From: Oceanobacillus sojae
GTDB taxonomy: Bacteria > Bacillota > Bacilli > Bacillales > Amphibacillaceae
Direction: 5' to 3'
Length of the DNA stretch: 24,000 bases
Assembly: GCF_007991515.1 (NCBI RefSeq)
Contig: NZ_BJYM01000013.1
Location: 41,169 to 65,168, forward strand
Each line of letters begins with the position of its first letter. Position 1 is the stretch's first letter. Under the pieces are notes generated by a model. That model made no database searches. It was not told where the DNA came from and saw nothing but the letters and a program-made list of their open reading frames with translations. The translations under genes and the position numbers were made by a program. Below are positions 6,563 through 15,470 of this stretch, piece after piece.

Positions 6563-8278
6563 ATGATAATGAAAGACATATTAAGTGTTAAAAATTTATC
6601 TGTTCATTTTCAGACTACGGAGCAGAAGGTTCAGTCCGTTAACCAAATTTCTTTCTCCGTCAAAAAAGGAGAAACCTTAGGGATTGTTGGTGAGTCCGGG
6701 TCAGGAAAAAGCGTTACAGCAAAAACAATTATGCAGCTGCTTCCCGGCCAGTCCGCACATATCCAAGCGGAAACAATAGAATATGAAGGAAATAATCTGG
6801 CAAATTATTCTGACCATGATATGCAAAAAATTCGCGGTCAGGAAATCAGTATGATATTTCAGGACCCAATGAGCTCTTTTAACCCGACAATGAAAATCGG
6901 TAAGCAAATTGATGAAGTAGTCAGCAAACACCGTAGGATTTCTGCACATAAAGCGAAAGAAGAAACGATTGAAATGCTGAAGCTGGTCGGGATAACCTCA
7001 CCTGAAGAACGGTATCATCAATATCCACATGAATTCTCAGGTGGTATGCTGCAGCGTGCAATGATAGCAATGGCCTTAATCTGCCGGCCAAAGCTATTAA
7101 TTGCTGATGAACCGACGACTGCATTAGATGTACGTATTCAGGCACAAATTCTGCAATTAATGAAAAACCTGCAGGAGAAATTTAATATGAGCATCATTTT
7201 GATTACTCATGATTTTGGGGTTGTTGCAGGTATGTGTGACCGGATTGTTGTCATGAAGGATGGAAAAATTGTTGAACAAAACGACACAACATCCATTTTC
7301 ACTCATCCTGAGCACCCTTATACACAACGGCTGCTTCATGCCTTGCCGCGAATTGATCAAAAGAAAGCAAACAGATACACGAAATCATTTCAAGATACTG
7401 AGGCCTTAATTAACGTGAAGGATTTGAAAAAGATTTTCCCGTTAAAATTAGGCGGCCTTGTGCATGCAGTTGATGATATTGACTTTCACATCAGACCCGG
7501 TGAAACATTAGGATTAGTAGGAGAATCCGGCTCTGGAAAATCAACGACTGGACGCCTTATTCTGCAATTACAGCAGGCAACAGAAGGAGAAATTCTTTTC
7601 GGTGGAATGGGAATCCATGACTTTAATCGCAAAGAACTCAAAAAGCTCCGCAGAGACGTTCAAATTATTTTCCAGGATCCTCAAGCCTCGTTAAATCCGA
7701 GAATGAAGGTACTTGATATTATCGGTCAGCCGCTGGATATTCATAAGCTATGCAAAACAAAAGCTGAGAGGCGAGCCCGAGTCGAGGAATTATTAGAGCT
7801 GGTAGGTCTGACAAAGGAACACGCCAACAGGTATCCGCATGAATTTTCAGGAGGACAGCAGCAGCGTATTGGTATCGCCCGGGCGCTGGCTGTAAAACCG
7901 AAATTTATTGTTTGCGACGAGCCGTTATCCGCTCTGGACGTTTCCATTCAATCACAGATTGTGGATTTATTAGAGGAATTACAGGAAAAGCTTGGTTTAA
8001 CCTATCTATTTATTGCACATGACCTGGCAATGGTAAAGCATATATGTGACCGGATTGCAGTCATGTATTCCGGCAAAATTATTGAGGTGGCAGAAAGCGA
8101 GGAGCTTTATGAAAATCCACTTCACCCCTATACTAAATCACTGCTGGATGCGGTGCCTATTCCAGATCCGGGAATTGAAGCGAAAAAGATTCGGGAACAT
8201 AATATCAAGACAGAAACCTATCATTTTGAAAGAAATTGGTTAGAAGAAGTAAGACCGGAGCATTGGATGCTTGTATAA
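6563..8278 (+). CDS. Fused double ATP-binding protein of an Opp/Dpp-type ABC transporter (DppD-DppF-like tandem ATPase)
   Basis: 571-aa ORF with two complete ABC cassettes. Walker A GESGSGKS appears twice, signatures are SGGMLQR and SGGQQQR, and Walker B is LLIADEPTTALD / FIVCDEPLSALD. Both oligopeptide-type C-terminal motifs are present (HPEHPYTQ.LL, LHPYTKSLL). The GGAG at 6557..6560 fits the second in-frame ATG at 6569 better than 6563. Confidence 0.92.
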   Translation: MIMKDILSVKNLSVHFQTTEQKVQSVNQISFSVKKGETLGIVGESGSGKSVTAKTIMQLLPGQSAHIQAETIEYEGNNLANYSDHDMQKIRGQEISMIFQDPMSSFNPTMKIGKQIDEVVSKHRRISAHKAKEETIEMLKLVGITSPEERYHQYPHEFSGGMLQRAMIAMALICRPKLLIADEPTTALDVRIQAQILQLMKNLQEKFNMSIILITHDFGVVAGMCDRIVVMKDGKIVEQNDTTSIFTHPEHPYTQRLLHALPRIDQKKANRYTKSFQDTEALINVKDLKKIFPLKLGGLVHAVDDIDFHIRPGETLGLVGESGSGKSTTGRLILQLQQATEGEILFGGMGIHDFNRKELKKLRRDVQIIFQDPQASLNPRMKVLDIIGQPLDIHKLCKTKAERRARVEELLELVGLTKEHANRYPHEFSGGQQQRIGIARALAVKPKFIVCDEPLSALDVSIQSQIVDLLEELQEKLGLTYLFIAHDLAMVKHICDRIAVMYSGKIIEVAESEELYENPLHPYTKSLLDAVPIPDPGIEAKKIREHNIKTETYHFERNWLEEVRPEHWMLV

Positions 8279-8298
8279 AGACAGATAATCATAAAAAA

Positions 8299-8338
8299 TC
8301 TCCAGCTATTCTGCACAGAATAGCTGGAGATTTTTTTG
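8299..8338 (+). terminator. Rho-independent terminator of the ATPase gene
   Basis: Palindrome TCTCCAGCTATTCTG (8299..8313) / CAGAATAGCTGGAGA (8316..8330) followed by TTTTTTTGTT. Confidence 0.85.
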
Positions 8339-8531
8339 TTTTCATGGATTTATAAAGCTGATCATGATTTTTTGTGAAGTATTTTTTAATATCATTTAAC
8401 TTTTTTAGAAAAACAGGCATAAAAAGCATTAACAAAAAATAAAAATTACTATCACGGTACAAAACACCTCATGTTCCTGCCATAAAAAATCATAAACAAT
8501 CAAATGAAATCATACATTAAACAAGGAGTGG

Positions 8532-9323
8532 ATGGAGATTTTACCAGCAGAAAGATTAGAGTCATTACTGGAGTTTATAGATGATAAAGGAACAGTAAAT
8601 ATCATCGATTTAACAAATAAATTTAATGTTTCCAAACCAACTATCTTACGCGATTTAAAAGAATTAGAGAAACAGAATCTTATTATCCGGATTCATGGAG
8701 GAGCTAAAAGTAAAAAATTGAAAGGAACCCGATTTGAGCCCCGTCATGTTATCAAAGAGCAGGAAGCCATCCAGGAGAAAGAAGAAATTGCGGAACTGGC
8801 TTTCAAACATATCCAGCCTGGGGAAACCGTTCTTCTGGATTCCGGTACAACAACCTTGCTGCTCGCTAAAAAACTAGCATCACACTGCACTGAAAATATA
8901 ACAGCCATTACGAATGACATTAAAAACGCCATGGTTCTCAGTGAAAATGACCTCATAGACATCGTTGTTATCGGCGGGCAAAAGAGAAAGGGGGTGTATA
9001 GCTTAAATGGACCATTTGCAGAAGATATGCTGCGTCAGCTCAATGTAGATAAAGTATTTTTAGGAACAGATGCTATTAACGCGGATAAAGGATTAACCAA
9101 TTCCAACATTGATGAAACCAACATAAAAAAAACAATGATAGACATTGCCAATGAAATTATCTTACTGGCAGATGACAGAAAGTTCAACCAGGTAGCATTT
9201 TCATCCGTCGCCGGAATAGATGCACTAGATAGAATTATAACAAATAAACCTTTATCCGATACAGAAATGAAGGATTACAAAAAAGCGGGGATCTCAATAG
9301 ATACCCCTAAAGCAAAAAACTGA
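8532..9323 (+). CDS. DeoR-family transcriptional regulator (SgcR-like)
   Basis: 263 aa. The N-terminal DeoR HTH is LTNKFNVSKPTILRDLKELEKQNLIIRIHGGA. The C-terminal sugar-phosphate sensor domain has LDSGTTT...ITN...VFLG.DAI. First gene of a tightly packed + strand operon. Confidence 0.9.
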   Translation: MEILPAERLESLLEFIDDKGTVNIIDLTNKFNVSKPTILRDLKELEKQNLIIRIHGGAKSKKLKGTRFEPRHVIKEQEAIQEKEEIAELAFKHIQPGETVLLDSGTTTLLLAKKLASHCTENITAITNDIKNAMVLSENDLIDIVVIGGQKRKGVYSLNGPFAEDMLRQLNVDKVFLGTDAINADKGLTNSNIDETNIKKTMIDIANEIILLADDRKFNQVAFSSVAGIDALDRIITNKPLSDTEMKDYKKAGISIDTPKAKN

Positions 9324-9341
9324 AGAGAAAGGAAGTTATTG

Positions 9342-10163
9342 ATGACTTGGTTAAAAGAAGTAATTGGAACAGAAAAAGCAATTATCGCAATGTGTCACCT
9401 GCAGCCCTTACCCGGAGATCCATCCTATGACTATAAAAAAGGAATGGATTATGTCATTGAAGAAGCACGCAAAGATTTAAAGGCATTACAGGATGGCGGT
9501 GTAGATGCTGTTATGTTTTCCAATGAATTCAGTCTTCCTTATTTAACAGAAGTAAAAACCGAAACAGTTTCTGCGATGGCCAGAGTAATCGGAGAACTGA
9601 TGAATGATATAAGAATACCTTATGGCGTTAACGTATTATGGGATGCGAAACGCTCCCTTGACTTAGCCGCTGCCACCGGGGCTCAATTTGTACGTGAAAT
9701 ATTTACCGGCGTATATGCCAGTGACTTTGGATTATGGGACACAAATGTCGGTGAAACCATCAGACATCAGTATCACCTGCATGCCCAGGATGTAAAACTG
9801 CTGTTTAATATTCTGCCTGAAGCAGCAAAATATGTTGCTGACCGAGATATCAAAGATATTGCCAAATCTACTGTATTTAACAACCGTCCCGATGCGCTTT
9901 GTGTTTCTGGACTAACAGCTGGAGAACAGACAGATTCTCAAATCTTGAAAAAAGTAAAGGAAACTGTCCCTGATTGCGTGATACTGGCAAATACGGGAGT
10001 ACGTATTGAGAACTTAGAGCAGCAGCTGGCAATTGCGGATGGTGCAGTAGTTGGAACAGCATTCAAATATGATGGGAAATTTGAAAACAGGGTTGATCAA
10101 AAGCGTGTAGAAGAATTTATGAATAGAGTAAAAGCCTTTCGGGAGATAGCTATTCAAGCTTAA
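9342..10163 (+). CDS. BtpA/SgcQ-family TIM-barrel protein of unknown function
   Basis: The N-terminus K.IIAMCHLQPLPGDPSY is characteristic of the BtpA/SgcQ family, and the length (~273 aa) fits. The track starts at TTG 9339, but the adjacent ATG 9342 has better spacing to the RBS GAAAGGAAG. Confidence 0.8.
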   Translation: MTWLKEVIGTEKAIIAMCHLQPLPGDPSYDYKKGMDYVIEEARKDLKALQDGGVDAVMFSNEFSLPYLTEVKTETVSAMARVIGELMNDIRIPYGVNVLWDAKRSLDLAAATGAQFVREIFTGVYASDFGLWDTNVGETIRHQYHLHAQDVKLLFNILPEAAKYVADRDIKDIAKSTVFNNRPDALCVSGLTAGEQTDSQILKKVKETVPDCVILANTGVRIENLEQQLAIADGAVVGTAFKYDGKFENRVDQKRVEEFMNRVKAFREIAIQA

Positions 10164-10221
10164 CAATAGATAGAGGTCTACTTCATAATAAATCATTTTC
10201 AATTAAAGGAGAGGTCAATAT

Positions 10222-10500
10222 ATGAAAAAAGTAATCGTAGCATGCGGCGGCGGAATTGCAACTTCAACATTAATAGCGGATAAAGTCCGCCAGACATTGG
10301 ACGAAGCAGGAATTGATTATCAACTCACACAGACTACCTTATCTGAATTAGTTTATGAGAACAGCGATGCAGATCTAATCGTGACAAGCATGAGGGTAGA
10401 ATCCGACTTCGGAGTCCCCTCCCTCTCAGGAGCCGGATTCTTAACCGGGATTAACGAGGAAGCTATTAAGGAACAAATTATTAGCGCTTTATCCGACTAA
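10222..10500 (+). CDS. PTS EIIB component, galactitol/lactose-type (SgcB/GatB-like)
   Basis: 92 aa. N-terminal MKKVIVACGGGIATS with the phospho-Cys motif. Strong RBS AAAGGAGAGG. Confidence 0.9.
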   Translation: MKKVIVACGGGIATSTLIADKVRQTLDEAGIDYQLTQTTLSELVYENSDADLIVTSMRVESDFGVPSLSGAGFLTGINEEAIKEQIISALSD

Positions 10501-10520
10501 AGCATAAAGGAGAGCTTAAC

Positions 10521-11864
10521 ATGCAAAGTGTTGTCGATTATATATTATCCTTAGGAGCAACTATTTTTGTCCCTATTGTTCTTTTTATAGTTGGTTTAGC
10601 ATTCCGTTTAAGCGTACTGAGGGCAATTAAAGCGGCTGTAACTGTCGGTGTCGGATTTTTAGGTCTCAATTTAGTCGTCAGCTTAATAGGTGATTATCTT
10701 TCACCATCTGTACAAACCATGGTTGAGCGGTTCGGCTTAAATTTATCTGTTATTGATTTAGGGTCAGGAACCTCCGCCGGGATTGCTTTTTCAACTACTG
10801 TAGGAGCTCTTATCATCCCGGTTATTTTTGGCCTGAACGTACTTCTATTAATCAGCAAGCTGACCAAAACGATGAATATTGATATTTTCAACTACTCTCA
10901 TTATGCACTGACGGGATCTGTAGTTGCTCTCATTACCTCAAACTTATTTTACGGTATTATGGCTGCAATTTCGCACGCTATCTTCTCACTTTTCGTTGCT
11001 GATTTAACAGCCAAAAAAGTTCAAAGGGTTATTGGCATTGAAGGGATATCTATCAGTCAGGGATTCGCTACTTCTACCGTCCCTTTTTATGCCCTGATGG
11101 ATAAGATATTCGATAAAATACCGGCTCTAAACAACCGGAAAATGGATACGAACTTTATTCAAAAGAAGTTTGGAATGTTTGGAGATCCAGTGATTATCGG
11201 AGTTATCCTGGGCGTAATTATTGCTATATTGGCAGGCACAAGCTTCGTGGATGGCAGTCAGCTGGTCATTGTAATCACAGGTATTATGATCCTTTTCCCG
11301 CGTGTTATCCGGATTATTGTAGAAGGGCTGATGCCCATTTCAGATGCTGCGAAAAAATTCTTTCAAACAAAATTTAAAGGCAAAGAATTCTTTATAGGAC
11401 TAGACTCAGCAGTTACATTAGGCCATCCGACAACCATTACAGTAGGAATCTTAATTATTCCTATTACACTCGTCTTAGCCGCCATCCTGCCGGGCAATAA
11501 AGTGCTTCCTCTCGCAGATTTAGCTTTTGCTCCTTTTTTTATCTGTATGGCAACGATCATGCATAAGGGGGATGTTATCAGAACGCTGATCAGCTCTACC
11601 TTCAATATGGTATTAGTGCTTTATATAGCTACCTTCTTTTCTTCTTATTATACAGACTTAGCCAGCGCTGGCGGATTTATCGAATCTGTGGGCGGAACAG
11701 AAGTATCTGCATTATATATTGGAAATGTGTTTAACTTTATTATTACCATTTTAATGAGAATGGAAGTATTAGGATTTATTATCCTGGCACTATTTATTAT
11801 CGTGTTGTACTACTTCGTATTTAAAAAGATAAATAGAAAAGAAGAGCCCGAAGAGACATCATAA
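10521..11864 (+). CDS. PTS EIIC component, galactitol family (SgcC/GatC-like)
   Basis: 447 aa, polytopic membrane protein. It is clearly homologous to the second IIC in the window (18102..19454) and has the GatC-like N-terminus (ILSLGATIFVPIV.FIVGL). RBS AAAGGAGAG. Confidence 0.9.
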   Translation: MQSVVDYILSLGATIFVPIVLFIVGLAFRLSVLRAIKAAVTVGVGFLGLNLVVSLIGDYLSPSVQTMVERFGLNLSVIDLGSGTSAGIAFSTTVGALIIPVIFGLNVLLLISKLTKTMNIDIFNYSHYALTGSVVALITSNLFYGIMAAISHAIFSLFVADLTAKKVQRVIGIEGISISQGFATSTVPFYALMDKIFDKIPALNNRKMDTNFIQKKFGMFGDPVIIGVILGVIIAILAGTSFVDGSQLVIVITGIMILFPRVIRIIVEGLMPISDAAKKFFQTKFKGKEFFIGLDSAVTLGHPTTITVGILIIPITLVLAAILPGNKVLPLADLAFAPFFICMATIMHKGDVIRTLISSTFNMVLVLYIATFFSSYYTDLASAGGFIESVGGTEVSALYIGNVFNFIITILMRMEVLGFIILALFIIVLYYFVFKKINRKEEPEETS

Positions 11865-11900
11865 ATATTATTATCTAAAAGCACTACTGGAGGTTCTGGA

Positions 11901-12389
11901 ATGAATCACAATAAAAACGGAGATAAATTAAAATTTGATAAAGATATGATTATGCTGAATATCCGTGCCAGTTCATCGGATGAATTACTGAAGGAAATAA
12001 GTCAATTATTCTATGACAAAGATTACGTCCATGATTCTTTTAAACAAGCAATTATAAAACGTGAAGAACAATATCCGACCGGGCTGAAGACAACTTCCAT
12101 AGGTGTTGCTATTCCACATGCAGATCCAGTCCATGTGAAGCAGGAAAGCTTAGCTGTAGGAATCTTAAAGGATGCAGTTACCTTTAATGAAATGACTTCA
12201 GGTGAACCTCTAAACGTGGAAATCGTTTTTATGTTAGGAATTACTGATTCGGGTCAACATTTAATCATGCTGAAGGCAATTTCTGAAATATTGAGAGATA
12301 AAGAAAAATTATCGAACATTCGATATGCAGCTACAAAAGAGGAAGTCTATCAATGTATCCTTCCTTATATAAGCGAATTATTAGAATAA
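11901..12389 (+). CDS. PTS EIIA component, fructose/mannitol type 2 (SgcA-like)
   Basis: 162 aa. Motif REEQYPTGL...GVAIPHADPVHV with the phosphorylatable His. RBS GGAGG lies 7 nt upstream. Confidence 0.88.
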   Translation: MNHNKNGDKLKFDKDMIMLNIRASSSDELLKEISQLFYDKDYVHDSFKQAIIKREEQYPTGLKTTSIGVAIPHADPVHVKQESLAVGILKDAVTFNEMTSGEPLNVEIVFMLGITDSGQHLIMLKAISEILRDKEKLSNIRYAATKEEVYQCILPYISELLE

Positions 12390-12412
12390 ACAAGCAGGAG
12401 GCTTGAATAAAG

Positions 12413-13096
12413 TTGAAAAAACAAATCCTGGCTCCGTCCATTTTAAACGCTGATTTTTTACATTTAAGCAGTGAAATTGATATTGCTGAAAAAGGCGGAG
12501 CGGAATTTTTACACTTGGATGTGATTGATGGTATATTTGCGCCCAGTATTTCATTTGGAGCTAATATAATCTACTCGATAAGAACCTATACTGATCTGTT
12601 TTTGGATGTTCATTTAATGATTAAAAATCCAAGTCAATATATAGCTGATTTTGTCCATGCTGGTGCTGACAGCATTACTGTTCATGCAGAGGGAGCCATT
12701 CATCTGCACCGGCTAATCTATCAAATAAAAGAGCACGGTATAAAAGCAGGCGTTGCTTTAAACCCGGCGACACCCATTTCTTTGATAGAACCCATCTTAT
12801 CAGATATTGATATGGTACTTCTAATGACCGTAAATCCCGGTTTCGGAGGGCAGCCCTTTATTAAAGAAGTTTTATCAAAAATAACAATGCTGAGCCATTT
12901 AAAATCCAGCAGAGCGTATTCCTTTGCTATCGAAGTTGATGGCGGAATTACACCGCAAGAAGCATTATGGTGCTCTCAACGAGGAGCAAATATCTTTGTT
13001 GTCGGATCGTATATCTATTATAAAGCAACCGAAACAGAAAAATTACAGGCAATGAAAAATATAAAAAAGTCTTTAGAAACAGGTGATTCAAAATGA
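12413..13096 (+). CDS. Ribulose-phosphate 3-epimerase family protein (SgcE/Rpe-like)
   Basis: 227 aa, TTG start. Rpe motifs: ILAPSILNADF, HLDVIDG.FAP.ISFG, DVHLMI, ITVHAE, MTVNPGFGGQ.F, VDGGI. Confidence 0.9.
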   Translation: MKKQILAPSILNADFLHLSSEIDIAEKGGAEFLHLDVIDGIFAPSISFGANIIYSIRTYTDLFLDVHLMIKNPSQYIADFVHAGADSITVHAEGAIHLHRLIYQIKEHGIKAGVALNPATPISLIEPILSDIDMVLLMTVNPGFGGQPFIKEVLSKITMLSHLKSSRAYSFAIEVDGGITPQEALWCSQRGANIFVVGSYIYYKATETEKLQAMKNIKKSLETGDSK

Positions 13097-14187
13097 ATAT
13101 GAACGAACATCTGAAGGCATTATCCATGATAAATGCTGTCAGTTCACAAGAAGATGCAGTGATTGATTATATGTATCATTATTTTTCTAAACAAATGGAG
13201 TACGTTGAAGTGGATACAATAGGCAATGTGATCGGGTTCTTACCTTCTAACAAGCCAAACAGCAAAAGAATAATGATTTTTGCCCACATGGATGAAGTAG
13301 GGTTTATAGTAAGACATATTGATGAAAATGGTTTCTTATTTTTCGAACGAATCGGCGGTGCTAATGTGAATGTTCTTCCAGGTAATCAGCTTCAAGTACT
13401 GGGGGATAAAGGAACGGTCACCGGAGTTGTTGGAACAAAAGCATATCACTTCTTAAAACCCGAAGAAAAAGGGAAGTTTCCCGCACAAGATCAGCTATAT
13501 ATTGATATTGGAGCAGTCTCTAAAGAGGAAGCATATCAAAAAGGAATACGGGTTGGAAGCACTATCTGCTTTCAAGCAAGCTATCTGGAAAGAGAAAATG
13601 GCCGGGTGACAGGAAAAGCGATGGATAACCGGGTTGCCTGCACAGTCTTATTAGAATTAGCAGAACAATTAATTTCAGCTCAAGCATCCTTAGAGTGGGA
13701 TATATATCTGGTTGCATGTGTCCAGGAGGAATTTAATATCAGAGGTGTCCTGCCAGCAGTCAGGAAGATAAAACCCCATGTCTCTATCGGCTTAGATGTG
13801 ACACCAGCATGTGATACACCCGAACTGACAAATTATTCTGATGTTGGCTTAGATAAAGGCCCTGCACTTACATTTCTTAACTATCATGGAAAAGGAACAC
13901 TTGCTGGTGTTTTGCCAGATTCCAAATTAATACAATCTCTAATAAAAACATGCCAAGCAAATAAAATTAACTATCAGAGAGAGGTAGCAGTAGGCGTCAT
14001 CACAGAAAATGCTTTTATTGTTTTTGAAGAAGCAGGCATCGCTACTGCCAATATTTCCATCCCGACACGCTATACACATACACCAGTAGAAACAGTCAGT
14101 CTTCGGGACGTCAAACAAACCATTCACTTATTATATGAATTTTTGACAAGCTTAACAGAAAAAAGTACTTTCGGAAAAGCAAGGTAG
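13093..14187 (+). CDS. M42-family metallopeptidase-like protein (SgcX/FrvX/YsdC-like)
   Basis: 364 aa. M42 metal-ligand motifs are all present: AHMDEVGF, AMDNRV, VQEEFN, GLDVT, RYTHTPVE. The ATG overlaps the epimerase stop (ATGA at 13093..13096). Confidence 0.88.
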   Translation: MNMNEHLKALSMINAVSSQEDAVIDYMYHYFSKQMEYVEVDTIGNVIGFLPSNKPNSKRIMIFAHMDEVGFIVRHIDENGFLFFERIGGANVNVLPGNQLQVLGDKGTVTGVVGTKAYHFLKPEEKGKFPAQDQLYIDIGAVSKEEAYQKGIRVGSTICFQASYLERENGRVTGKAMDNRVACTVLLELAEQLISAQASLEWDIYLVACVQEEFNIRGVLPAVRKIKPHVSIGLDVTPACDTPELTNYSDVGLDKGPALTFLNYHGKGTLAGVLPDSKLIQSLIKTCQANKINYQREVAVGVITENAFIVFEEAGIATANISIPTRYTHTPVETVSLRDVKQTIHLLYEFLTSLTEKSTFGKAR

Positions 14188-14196
14188 GTTATAGAT

Positions 14197-14988
14197 ATGC
14201 AGACAAAGAACCGTGATTATAAAGTTTGTTTTTTGGATATTGATGGCACACTGGTTGATAACAATAAGCAAATTTCTAACCAAACGAAGAAATCTCTGGA
14301 TCAAATAAGAAATAGAGGCGTAGAAGTGATTATCGCTACCGGGCGTCCTCCCTACCACTTTTCCAGCATTGCAGAGGAACTAAAGATTAATTCATTTGTC
14401 AGTTTTAACGGTGCTTATTCTGTTTATAAAGGAGAAGTCGTTCATAAGCACGGAATGGATGCATCCGCTCTGCAAGAACTTATTGAATATGCCGGCATGA
14501 AACAACATCCATTAGTTTTTTCAAGTGAAAAGAAGTCTGTCAGTAATACACTTAATCATCGTGAAATTATACAAACCTTTAAAGACTTACATTTGAATTA
14601 TACACCAGAATTTCATCCTGATTTTTGGAAACAAGCAACCTTGTTTCAAGCAATGGTATATTGTAAAAACAGAGAAGAAATTGATTATATTCAAAAATTT
14701 CCAGAGTTATCTTTTGTCAGATGGCATGAATTCGCTATTGATGTCATGCCCCAATCTATTTCAAAAGCATCTGGCATTAAAGAAATGCTTTCGTTTTTAA
14801 ATGTAGCTCCCGACGAGGCTATAGCTTTTGGAGACGGACTGAATGATAAGGAAATGCTAGATTTTGTAGGTGTAGGGATTGCTATGGAGAATGCACATGA
14901 AGAACTCTATCCTTATGCAGATATCATTACAAAATCAAATGAAAATGAAGGAATCACACATGGTTTAAAGCTGTTAAAATTAATATAG
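14197..14988 (+). CDS. Cof-type HAD-IIB sugar phosphatase
   Basis: 263 aa. HAD motif I FLDIDGTLV, ATGRP, and motif IV GDGLNDKEML...IAMENA. Last gene of the + strand operon. Confidence 0.88.
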   Translation: MQTKNRDYKVCFLDIDGTLVDNNKQISNQTKKSLDQIRNRGVEVIIATGRPPYHFSSIAEELKINSFVSFNGAYSVYKGEVVHKHGMDASALQELIEYAGMKQHPLVFSSEKKSVSNTLNHREIIQTFKDLHLNYTPEFHPDFWKQATLFQAMVYCKNREEIDYIQKFPELSFVRWHEFAIDVMPQSISKASGIKEMLSFLNVAPDEAIAFGDGLNDKEMLDFVGVGIAMENAHEELYPYADIITKSNENEGITHGLKLLKLI

Positions 14989-14996
14989 ATAAATAT

Positions 14997-15045
14997 AAAA
15001 TAATCCCAAATACACATGGCAGATAGGGATTATTTTATATTTTTT
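14997..15045 (+). terminator. Probable terminator of the + strand PTS operon
   Basis: 11-bp stem AAAATAATCCC (14997..15007) / GGGATTATTTT (15026..15036) followed by ATATTTTTT. The 18-nt loop is rather large. Confidence 0.55.
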
Positions 15046-15364
15046 CCATTTACGTTAGATACTAATTGCATCACTTTACCTAATTTATCTATGCTTAGCT
15101 TAAAGGCTTTATGTTAGCACAGGCCCTCCAAGACTCGCTATGAACGAATGACTAATTTTTTCTCTACGAGTACGTTGCATTATTTGACATGCTATCTTCC
15201 AAAATATTTTCGGGAAAATCTAATTTAAACGCTTGTGCTCTCTTTATGTAAGCTTTTAAATATCGGAGCTGATGGAATTCCGTCCAAGTTTACATCCTTC
15301 ATATACAATGCTGACAAATAACCAACTATATGTCCTGATTTTTTCAGAGCTAAGCTCGTATACA

Positions 15365-15424
15365 ACAAGCAGCAATTTTTAATGAAGTGAATAATCACAG
15401 TTTCATTAAAAAATTGCTGCTTGT
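15365..15424 (-). terminator. Long near-perfect palindrome, likely terminator of the convergent minus-strand PTS operon
   Basis: ACAAGCAGCAATTTTTAATGAA (15365..15386) pairs with TTCATTAAAAAATTGCTGCTTGT (15402..15424) with one bulged base. The loop contains a nested GTGA/TCAC pair. It begins 46 nt after the stop at 15471. There is no clean U-tract after the stem on the minus strand, so function is uncertain. Confidence 0.5.
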
Positions 15425-15470
15425 AAATGTTTGTCCTTTATATCTGTTTTTAAAATTTGTTTGTCTTCCC

